Assembly (NCBI RefSeq): GCF_055900595.2
Contig: NZ_CM148325.1
Length of the DNA: 64,000 bases
Strand: one strand, 5' to 3'
In this document: one piece after another, positions 1-7,814 of the stretch
How the letters are laid out: the number at the start of each line of letters is the position of its first letter
How positions within the stretch are numbered: the stretch's first letter is position 1
The notes under the pieces: model-generated
What the model was told of the DNA's origin: nothing
Database searches by the model: none
Seen by the model: the letters and a program-made list of their open reading frames with translations, nothing else
Position numbers and translations under genes: made by a program

Positions 1-2
1 TG

Positions 3-302
3 GCGCAATATATGGCACAAGGTGCCTGTATGGCGCTGGAAGATGCAGTAACGCTGGGTAAGGCGCTGGCGCAGTGTGAGGGTGATGCGGCGCAAGCTTT
101 TGCGCTGTATGAGTCGGTACGTATTCCGCGTACCGCGCGCATCGTCTGGTCGACCCGTGAAATGGGGCGGGTTTATCACGCCGCAGGGGTAGAACGTCAG
201 GTACGTAATCTGCTGTGGAAAGGGAAATCGCAGGCAGAGTTTTATCGCGGCATGGAGTGGCTGTACGGCTGGAAAGAAGATAACTGTCTGCAACCACGCT
301 GA
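3..302 (+). CDS. FAD-dependent aromatic-ring monooxygenase (salicylate/3-hydroxybenzoate hydroxylase-like), C-terminal part; 5-prime end outside window
   Basis: Open frame runs from the window edge to TGA at 300-302; the GxGxxxALEDA-type motif near the C-terminus is typical of flavoprotein hydroxylases. Not the gene expected next to dusC from K-12 synteny. Confidence 0.55.
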   Translation, partial: AQYMAQGACMALEDAVTLGKALAQCEGDAAQAFALYESVRIPRTARIVWSTREMGRVYHAAGVERQVRNLLWKGKSQAEFYRGMEWLYGWKEDNCLQPR

Positions 303-420
303 GTACTTCTTACCCAATCAGGTGCACGGACGGTCCCCTCGCCCCTTTGGGGAGAGGGTTAGGGTGAGGGGAAAAATCTTGCCCGAATTAATCAGTAAGT
401 CAGTTTGTCTGCAAACACCA

Positions 421-447
421 GAGGCGCTAACATAGCGCCTCATTTTT
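421..447 (+). terminator. Rho-independent terminator downstream of the monooxygenase gene
   Basis: Perfect 9-bp stem gaggcgcta/tagcgcctc with 3-nt loop, followed by ATTTTT. Confidence 0.6.
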
Positions 448-1160
448 GTGCACAGAAAACCCCCAGCTAGGCTGGGGGTTCCGGAAAGCTTTCAGCTTTG
501 AGCCAGTTATTAAAACCCCTTTTGATTTGTTAAAACACCTTGCGGTCTGGCAACTGCAAGTGTCAAACAAGAAATCAAAAGGGGGTCCCAATGGGGGACG
601 AAAAGAGCTTAGCGCACACCCGCTGGAACTGTAAATATCACATAGTTTTTGCGCCGAAATACCGAAGACTGGCGTTTTACGGAGAGAAGCGTAGGGCGAT
701 AGGCAGTATTTTGAGAAAGCTGTGTGAGTGGAAAAGCGTACGGATTCTGGAAGCAGAGTGCTGCGCAGATCATATCCATATGCTTGTGGAAATCCCACCC
801 AAAATGAGCGTATCCGGCTTTATGGGATATCTGAAAGGGAAAAGCAGTCTGATGCTTTACGAGCAGTTTGGGGATTTGAAATTCAAATACAGAAACAGGG
901 AGTTCTGGTGCCGAGGGTACTATGTCGATACGGTGGGTAAGAACACGGCGAAGATACAGGACTACATAAAGCACCAGCTTGAAGAGGATAAAATGGGGGA
1001 GCAGTTATCGATTCCATATCCGGGCAGCCCGTTTACGGGCCGTAAGTAACGAAGTTGAATGCAAATGTCAGATCGTATGCGCCTGTTAGGGCACGGCTGG
1101 TAACAGAGCCTTACAGGCGCATTTGAAAAACCTCCGGCTATGCCGGAGGATATTTATTTT
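445..1160 (+). mobile_element. IS200 insertion sequence (IS200/IS605 family), ends approximate
   Basis: 152-aa TnpA ORF; perfect left-end hairpin cccccagc-tag-gctggggg at about 460-478; stem-loop around the start codon (RBS sequestration); right-end hairpins at about 1088-1149. Length about 710 bp matches IS200. Exact ends not determinable by eye. Confidence 0.65.
591..1049 (+). CDS. tnpA: IS200 transposase TnpA (Y1 HUH transposase)
   Basis: 152 aa, MGDEKSLAHTRWNCKYHIVF... with the HxH motif (HIHMLVEIPP) and catalytic Tyr region; matches the IS200 TnpA I remember. ORF-track 540..1049 trimmed to the ATG at 591. Confidence 0.9.
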   Translation: MGDEKSLAHTRWNCKYHIVFAPKYRRLAFYGEKRRAIGSILRKLCEWKSVRILEAECCADHIHMLVEIPPKMSVSGFMGYLKGKSSLMLYEQFGDLKFKYRNREFWCRGYYVDTVGKNTAKIQDYIKHQLEEDKMGEQLSIPYPGSPFTGRK

Positions 1161-1173
1161 TGCGGGTGATGAT

Positions 1174-2121
1174 ATGCGTGTGTTACTGGCACCGATGGAG
1201 GGTGTACTCGACTCTCTGGTGCGTGAATTGCTGACCGAAGTTAACGACTACGATCTGTGCATCACCGAGTTTGTCCGCGTGGTGGATCAACTGCTGCCGG
1301 TAAAAGTTTTTCATCGCATTTGCCCGGAGCTACAAAACGCCAGCCGAACGCCATCCGGTACGCTGGTGCGCGTGCAATTGCTGGGGCAGTTCCCACAATG
1401 GCTGGCAGAGAACGCCGCCCGTGCGGTGGAGTTAGGTTCCTGGGGTGTGGATCTTAATTGCGGCTGTCCGTCGAAAACGGTTAACGGTAGCGGCGGCGGG
1501 GCGACACTACTCAAAGATCCTGAACTCATCTACCAGGGTGCAAAAGCGATGCGTGAAGTTGTACCGGCGCATTTGCCCGTCAGTGTGAAAGTGCGTCTGG
1601 GCTGGGACAGCGGTGAGAAGAAATTTGAAATCGCCGATGCGGTTCAACAGGCTGGCGCTACGGAGTTGGTGGTGCATGGGCGGACAAAAGAGCAGGGGTA
1701 CCGCGCGGAGCATATTGACTGGCAGGCGATTGGCGAGATTCGCCAACGGCTGAATATTCCGGTGATTGCCAACGGTGAAATCTGGGACTGGCAGAGCGCG
1801 CAACAGTGTATGGCGATCAGCGGCTGTGACGCGGTGATGATTGGTCGCGGAGCGCTCAATATTCCCAATCTGAGCCGAGTGGTAAAATATAACGAACCGC
1901 GAATGCCGTGGCCGGAGGTGGTTGCTTTGCTACAAAAATATACCCGTCTGGAAAAGCAGGGCGATACTGGGTTATATCACGTTGCGCGGATTAAACAGTG
2001 GTTGAGTTATTTGCGTAAAGAATACGATGAAGCAACGGAATTATTTCAGCATGTTCGGGTGTTGAATAATTCCCTTGATATTGCAAGGGCTATTCAGACC
2101 ATTGATATCGAGAAACTCTAA
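1174..2121 (+). CDS. dusC: tRNA-dihydrouridine(16) synthase DusC
   Basis: 315 aa from [13 protein letters not shown]..., TIM-barrel Dus family; ORF-track start trimmed from 1123 to the conserved N-terminus. Confidence 0.9.
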   Translation: MRVLLAPMEGVLDSLVRELLTEVNDYDLCITEFVRVVDQLLPVKVFHRICPELQNASRTPSGTLVRVQLLGQFPQWLAENAARAVELGSWGVDLNCGCPSKTVNGSGGGATLLKDPELIYQGAKAMREVVPAHLPVSVKVRLGWDSGEKKFEIADAVQQAGATELVVHGRTKEQGYRAEHIDWQAIGEIRQRLNIPVIANGEIWDWQSAQQCMAISGCDAVMIGRGALNIPNLSRVVKYNEPRMPWPEVVALLQKYTRLEKQGDTGLYHVARIKQWLSYLRKEYDEATELFQHVRVLNNSLDIARAIQTIDIEKL

Positions 2122-2185
2122 GAAACCATAGTGATGTTTTTTGACAATGTGTTAGCTCTTTATCAATAGGCCGCACGGTTGTTTG

Positions 2186-2374
2186 GTGGCGTCAAAATCG
2201 CCGAGGCGTTCCCTGAAGGCCGGGGCAGCCCATATGGATGTGGGCTGAGGGCGCGTTTTACAGGGATGTTACCTCGCGCCCGACCCGGTAGCCGTAAGGG
2301 ATAAGCCGAGGGCACCGCGCAGCGGCGATTTTGTTCGCCAGAGCCCGGGGGTGCAGGGGGCGGCGGCGACTGGT
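2186..2374. repeat. GC-rich multi-hairpin intergenic element with terminal inverted repeats (unclassified)
   Basis: Ends ggcgtcaaaatcgccg (about 2187) and cggcgattttgttcgcc (about 2324) are near-perfect inverted repeats; internal perfect hairpins cagccca/tgggctg and gggcgcg/cgcgccc; additional hairpin gggggcg...cgccccc at about 2356-2384. No ORF. Confidence 0.3.
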
Positions 2375-2493
2375 CGCCCCCTGCGCGCTCCTTGCGCTAG
2401 TGATTATATGAAGCAATGCACATGACAGGAGCGCAACAGGATGAGAGACTGAAATATTCTCGTTATTTTCGGATCTGATGACGTTAATTAATT

Positions 2494-2577
2494 TTAAAAT
2501 ATCATCTTAAATACGCCAGTCACCACCAGTAGTCCAATCAGGAAAATAATCAATACAGCCCAGAGTATAATTTTCAT
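2494..2577 (-). CDS. yohP: Small membrane protein YohP (27 aa)
   Basis: Minus-strand ORF MKIILWAVLIIFLIGLLVVTGVFKMIF with an AAGGA RBS about 8 nt upstream; matches the K-12 small protein as I remember it. Below the ORF-track size cutoff. Confidence 0.6.
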   Translation of the reverse strand: MKIILWAVLIIFLIGLLVVTGVFKMIF

Positions 2578-2800
2578 TGGCGTTCCTTTATTTGTGAGTG
2601 TCGAATAAGTATAGGAAAAAACGAAGCCCTTTGCCGTTACTCATAAGTGATTAAGATAAATCGGAGAATATCATTCACTTACTGTATATTTTTCTGAATA
2701 TGTCGTTTTATTGCCACTGATGTATTGCCACGCGAAACTAAAAAATATATTGCATCACACGGTAATCTCCGCGCACCTTTTCTTACCTGACTATTCCTCC

Positions 2801-4237
2801 ATGAATCGTGATTCCTTTTACCCAGCCATCGCCTGTTTTCCTCTGTTACTGATGCTGGCCGGGTGTGCGCCTATGCATGAAACCCGCCAGGCGTTAAGCC
2901 AGCAAACACCCGCTGCGCAAGTTGACACCGCATTACCTACGGCGCTGAAAAATGGTTGGCCAGACAGCCAATGGTGGCTGGAGTATCACGATAATCAACT
3001 CACTTCATTAATTAACTATGCACTGCAGAACGCACCGGATATGCAGGTGGCTGAACAGCGCATTCAGCTGGCTGAAGCCCAGGCGAAGGCAGTTGCCACT
3101 CAGGATGGCCCTCAGATCGATTTTTCTGCGGATATGGAGCGGCAAAAAATGTCGGCAGAAGGGCTAATGGGGCCGTTTGCTCTGAACGATCCTGCCGCAG
3201 GTACGACCGGTCCGTGGTACACCAACGGTACTTTTGGCTTAACGGCGGGCTGGCATCTCGATATCTGGGGAAAGAATCGGGCGGAGGTAACTGCTCGCCT
3301 GGGTACGGTTAAAGCACGAGCGGCGGAACGCGAGCAAACCCGCCAATTGCTGGCTGGCAGCGTTGCCCGCCTTTACTGGGAGTGGCAAACCCAGGCAGCG
3401 TTAAACACTGTTTTGCAGCAAATCGAAAAAGAGCAGAACACCATTATCGCGACCGATCGCCAGCTATATCAGAACGGGATTACTTCTTCAGTTGAAGGTG
3501 TGGAAACCGATATTAATGCCAGCAAGACCCGGCAGCAGCTCAACGATGTCGTGGGAAAAATGAAAATTATTGAGGCACGGTTAAGCGCACTTACAAATCA
3601 CCAGATAAAGTCATTGAAGCTTAAACCGGTTGAGTTGCCGAAAGTGGCAAGTCAGCTTCCTGATGAACTGGGGTATTCATTGCTGGCACGGCGGGCAGAT
3701 TTGCAGGCAGCGCATTGGTACGTTGAGTCATCGTTAAGCACCATTGATGCGGCAAAAGCGGCATTTTACCCTGACATCAACCTGATGGCCTTCCTGCAAC
3801 AGGATGCGTTGCACTTAAGCGATTTGTTCCGTCATTCCGCGCAGCAAATGGGCGTTACGGCAGGCCTGACGCTACCCATTTTCGATAGTGGTCGTCTTAA
3901 CGCCAACCTCGATATTGCAAAAGCCGAAAGCAACTTGTCTATCGCCAGCTACAACAAAGCGGTGGTTGAAGCGGTGAATGACGTGGCGCGGGCAGCCAGT
4001 CAGGTTCAGACGCTGGTGGAGAAAAACCAGCATCAGGCGCAAATTGAGCGCGATGCCTTGCGTGTGGTAGGTCTTGCGCAGGCCCGCTTTAACGCGGGTA
4101 TCATTGCTGGTTCCCGCGTCAGCGAAGCCAGGATCCCGGCGCTGCGTGAGCGGGCCAATGGCCTGTTATTGCAAGGGCAGTGGCTGGATGCCTCCATTCA
4201 ACTCACTGGTGCGTTGGGCGGGGGGTACAAACGCTGA
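2801..4237 (+). CDS. mdtQ: Outer-membrane efflux lipoprotein (NodT/OMF family), intact
   Basis: 478 aa from MNRDSFYPAIACFPLLLMLAGCAP (lipobox LAGC); ORF-track start 2711 is an upstream TTG extension. K-12 mdtQ (yohG) is a pseudogene by my recollection; here the frame is open. Confidence 0.8.
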   Translation: MNRDSFYPAIACFPLLLMLAGCAPMHETRQALSQQTPAAQVDTALPTALKNGWPDSQWWLEYHDNQLTSLINYALQNAPDMQVAEQRIQLAEAQAKAVATQDGPQIDFSADMERQKMSAEGLMGPFALNDPAAGTTGPWYTNGTFGLTAGWHLDIWGKNRAEVTARLGTVKARAAEREQTRQLLAGSVARLYWEWQTQAALNTVLQQIEKEQNTIIATDRQLYQNGITSSVEGVETDINASKTRQQLNDVVGKMKIIEARLSALTNHQIKSLKLKPVELPKVASQLPDELGYSLLARRADLQAAHWYVESSLSTIDAAKAAFYPDINLMAFLQQDALHLSDLFRHSAQQMGVTAGLTLPIFDSGRLNANLDIAKAESNLSIASYNKAVVEAVNDVARAASQVQTLVEKNQHQAQIERDALRVVGLAQARFNAGIIAGSRVSEARIPALRERANGLLLQGQWLDASIQLTGALGGGYKR

Positions 4238-4289
4238 TGATATACGCCTTCTATACTTAACGTTTATTCAGCGTTAAGTGGAGAACTCG

Positions 4290-5051
4290 ATGGTACAGGT
4301 CGCGATTATTACCGCTTCCGATTCGGGGATCGGCAAAGAGTGCGCGTTATTACTGGCGCAGCAGGGTTTTGATATTGGTATTACCTGGCACTCAGATGAA
4401 GAAGGGGCAAAAGATACCGCGCGTGAGGTGGTTAGCCACGGCGTACGTGCGGAGATGGTGCAGCTCGATCTCGGTAAACTGCCAGAGGGGGCACTGGCGC
4501 TGGAGAAACTTATTCAACGGCTGGGGCGCATCGATGTACTCGTGAATAATGCGGGCACAATGACCAAAGCGCCGTTTCTTGATATGGCTTTCGATGAGTG
4601 GCGCAAGATTTTTACCGTTGATGTTGATGGTGCATTTTTATGCTCGCAAATTGCGGCCCGCCAGATGGTGAAACAAGGGCAGGGCGGTCGCATCATCAAC
4701 ATTACGTCGGTACATGAGCATACGCCGCTGCCGGATGCCAGCGCCTATACAGCTGCTAAACATGCACTCGGTGGGCTAACCAAAGCGATGGCGCTTGAGC
4801 TGGTCAGGTATAAGATTTTGGTGAATGCAGTCGCGCCTGGGGCTATCGCCACACCAATGAATGGCATGGATGACGGCGACGTGAAGCCCGACGCGGAGCC
4901 TTCGATTCCCCTGCGGCGTTTCGGCGCAACGCATGAGATTGCCAGCCTGGTGGCGTGGTTATGCTCTGAAGGCGCAAATTACACCACCGGGCAGTCGTTA
5001 ATTGTCGATGGTGGCTTTATGCTGGCGAATCCGCAGTTCAACCCAGAATAG
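4290..5051 (+). CDS. yohF: Short-chain dehydrogenase/reductase YohF
   Basis: 253 aa; TASDSGIGKE cofactor-binding motif and YxxxK active-site motif (YTAAKHAL). Confidence 0.85.
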   Translation: MVQVAIITASDSGIGKECALLLAQQGFDIGITWHSDEEGAKDTAREVVSHGVRAEMVQLDLGKLPEGALALEKLIQRLGRIDVLVNNAGTMTKAPFLDMAFDEWRKIFTVDVDGAFLCSQIAARQMVKQGQGGRIINITSVHEHTPLPDASAYTAAKHALGGLTKAMALELVRYKILVNAVAPGAIATPMNGMDDGDVKPDAEPSIPLRRFGATHEIASLVAWLCSEGANYTTGQSLIVDGGFMLANPQFNPE

Positions 5052-5094
5052 CACAGTGAGGTGCGTGGTTATTTCAATGGGTAATATTTGGTAG

Positions 5095-5180
5095 GCATGA
5101 TAAGACGTGCAAGCGTCGCATCAGGCATGGTGCGACGGATGTCGGATGCGGCGCAAACCGCCTTATCCGAGGCAATGGTT
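5095..5180. repeat. REP (palindromic unit) sequences between convergent yohF and yohD
   Basis: GCGTCGCATCAGGC / GCCTTATCCG-type REP motifs. Confidence 0.5.
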
Positions 5181-5759
5181 TTACGCCTGATCATCCGGCT
5201 TTTTCTTCCCGCGCCGTTTCAGCCACCAGCGCACGCCAACCACCAGAACCACGACCAGAATCAACCAGACCCAGTGCTTCAAATGCTGGTCGAGATTGTG
5301 CAACCACGGCGCAATCACCTGACCACCAGCATAACCGATAGTGGTAAAAATCAACGCCCAGGCAAATGCGCCGAGAATATTCAGCGGCAGAAAGATTTTC
5401 GGCGGCAGCTGGCTGGCACCAATCAGCGTCGGGCCAATGACCCGAAAGCCATACATAAAACGCGTACCAATGACAAACAGATACGGATGGCGCTGGATAA
5501 GTTTCTGCGCCCGCTCAATTTTATCCTGATGTTTCGAGAAACGGCGTAATAGCTTGCCGCCAAAGCGCCGCCCGCACAGATAAAGCACCTGGTCGCCAAT
5601 CATGCCGCCAAGCGCCACAGAAAGTACCACCAGCGGGAACTTTAATAACCCCTGATGTGCCGCAACGCCTCCCAGCAACGTCACGGTTTCACCTTCCGCC
5701 AGACTTCCGAGCACCAGCGCAGCATAACCATATTGTGAGATGAGTGTATTGAGATCCAT
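5181..5759 (-). CDS. yohD: DedA-family inner membrane protein YohD
   Basis: 192 aa from MDLNTLISQYGYAALVLG...; ORF-track start trimmed. Confidence 0.85.
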   Translation of the reverse strand: MDLNTLISQYGYAALVLGSLAEGETVTLLGGVAAHQGLLKFPLVVLSVALGGMIGDQVLYLCGRRFGGKLLRRFSKHQDKIERAQKLIQRHPYLFVIGTRFMYGFRVIGPTLIGASQLPPKIFLPLNILGAFAWALIFTTIGYAGGQVIAPWLHNLDQHLKHWVWLILVVVLVVGVRWWLKRRGKKKPDDQA

Positions 5760-5928
5760 AGGCCCGTCTGTCTCCCTTTGGTTGCTTGTAAGCATACACC
5801 CTGTGAATCATTCACGCTGAAAAAGGACGCTCATCAGACGGTGCAAATTCTATGAATGCACAAAAAATAATCACAAGCTGACTTATACTTGAACTGTCAG
5901 GTTCATGAACTCACAACAAGGGGGCGGT

Positions 5929-6516
5929 ATGAGCCATGTCTGGGGACTGTTTTCCCATCCCGATCGTGAAATGCAGGTGATTAATCGCGAAAACGAAACG
6001 ATTTCTCACCATTACACCCACCACGTTTTGCTGATGGCGGCGATTCCGGTGATTTGCGCCTTCATTGGCACCACACAAATTGGCTGGAATTTTGGCGATG
6101 GCACCATCCTGAAGTTATCCTGGTTTACCGGACTGGCGCTGGCCGTCTTGTTTTATGGCGTTATGCTGGCTGGGGTCGCGGTGATGGGGCGGGTCATCTG
6201 GTGGATGGCGCGCAATTATCCGCAGCGTCCGTCACTTGCGCACTGCATGGTCTTTGCGGGCTACGTTGCAACTCCGCTGTTTTTAAGCGGTCTGGTGGCG
6301 CTTTATCCGCTGGTCTGGTTGTGTGCGCTGGTCGGCACGGTGGCGCTGTTTTACACCGGCTACCTGCTTTATCTCGGTATTCCGAGCTTCCTGAATATCA
6401 ACAAAGAGGAAGGCCTTAGCTTCTCCAGTTCGACGCTGGCGATTGGCGTGCTGGTACTGGAAGTGCTGCTCGCCCTTACCGTTATACTATGGGGCTACGG
6501 TTATCGTTTGTTCTAG
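5929..6516 (+). CDS. yohC: Yip1-family inner membrane protein YohC
   Basis: 195 aa from MSHVWGLFSHP..., multi-pass hydrophobic; GGGG RBS upstream. Confidence 0.85.
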   Translation: MSHVWGLFSHPDREMQVINRENETISHHYTHHVLLMAAIPVICAFIGTTQIGWNFGDGTILKLSWFTGLALAVLFYGVMLAGVAVMGRVIWWMARNYPQRPSLAHCMVFAGYVATPLFLSGLVALYPLVWLCALVGTVALFYTGYLLYLGIPSFLNINKEEGLSFSSSTLAIGVLVLEVLLALTVILWGYGYRLF

Positions 6517-6689
6517 CAAGTTCTTTTGCGTTGCATTGCTGGCGTAAATGTCAGCAATGCAGCATTTCCTCACGATTCTCCTTTGACGATCGCACTTTTT
6601 GCTCGTTATGATGGCGTTGCTAGCCTCAGTAAATCCTTACTCCGGCGGTGCGCAACCTGTGCGCGTGAACCACTATCTGAATGCTCATC

Positions 6690-7622
6690 ATGCCGAAATT
6701 TCGAGTTTCTTTATTTAGCCTGGCCCTGATGCTGGCTGTGCCTTTTGCACCGCAGGCCGTTGCGAAAACGGCAGCCGCTACCACCGCTTCACAGCCGGAA
6801 ATTGCCTCCGGTAGCGCGATGATTGTTGATCTGAATACCAACAAAGTGATCTATTCGAACCACCCGGATTTGGTGCGTCCGATTGCGTCTATCAGTAAAT
6901 TAATGACCGCGATGGTTGTGCTGGATGCACGATTGCCGCTGGATGAAAAACTGAAAGTGGATATCAGCCAGACGCCGGAGATGAAAGGGGTCTATTCGCG
7001 CGTACGACTGAACAGCGAAATCAGCCGTAAAGATATGCTGTTGCTGGCGCTGATGTCTTCAGAAAACCGCGCGGCGGCAAGCCTTGCGCACCATTATCCC
7101 GGTGGTTACAAAGCCTTTATTAAGGCGATGAATGCGAAAGCGAAATCGCTCGGAATGAACAACACGCGCTTTGTTGAACCGACCGGATTGTCGGTGCATA
7201 ACGTTTCAACTGCCCGTGACTTAACCAAACTGCTCATTGCCAGCAAACAATATCCGTTGATTGGTCAGTTAAGTACTACCAGGGAAGATATGGCAACCTT
7301 CTCTAACCCGACGTATACGCTGCCGTTCCGCAATACTAACCATCTGGTGTATCGCGATAACTGGAATATTCAGTTAACCAAAACGGGCTTTACCAATGCG
7401 GCGGGCCATTGTCTGGTGATGCGTACGGTTATCAATAATAAACCGGTAGCGTTGGTGGTGATGGACGCGTTTGGCAAATATACCCATTTTGCCGATGCCA
7501 GCCGCCTGCGTACCTGGATTGAAACCGGTAAAGTGATGCCTGTTCCGGCAGCAGCGTTGAGCTATAAAAAACAAAAAGCCGCCCAGATGGCGGCGGCGGG
7601 GCAGACGGCACAGAACGATTAA
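6690..7622 (+). CDS. pbpG: D-alanyl-D-alanine endopeptidase PBP7
   Basis: 310 aa; signal peptide; SxxK motif (SISKLMT) of class A/C serine peptidases. Confidence 0.9.
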
Positions 7623-7624
7623 GG

Positions 7625-7810
7625 GTAGGCAGGATAAGGCGTTTACGCCGCATCAGGCATTCGGAGCACAATGCCTGATGCGATGCTTGCGCATCTTATC
7701 AGGCCTACAAACGTGACGCGTCCGTAGGCAGGATAAGGCGTTCACGCCGCATCCGGCATTCGGTGCACGATGCCTGATGCGATGCTTCTATTTGCATCAG
7801 GCATCCAGCC
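7625..7810. repeat. BIME/REP cluster between pbpG and dld
   Basis: Several REP units (GCCGCATCAGGC, GCCTGATGCGATGC, TAGGCAGGATAAGGCGTT) in alternating orientation. Confidence 0.75.
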
Positions 7811-7814
7811 GTAT

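Noticed and set aside
12-302. ORF-track call of a complete 96-aa gene starting at Met 12
   Set aside because: The frame is open to the window edge and the sequence is the C-terminal part of a larger flavoprotein hydroxylase; it is a partial gene, not a small protein.
540-1173. N-terminal extensions in the ORF track (tnpA from 540, dusC from 1123, and similar for bglX, dld, metG, mrp, btsS, btsR, yehS, yegP, fbaB, rcnB)
   Set aside because: Extensions lack RBS support and run through hairpins or terminators; the conserved N-termini and expected protein lengths support the downstream start codons.
5088-5549. 153-aa plus-strand ORF
   Set aside because: Overlaps the REP region and is antisense to yohD; composition atypical; not coding.
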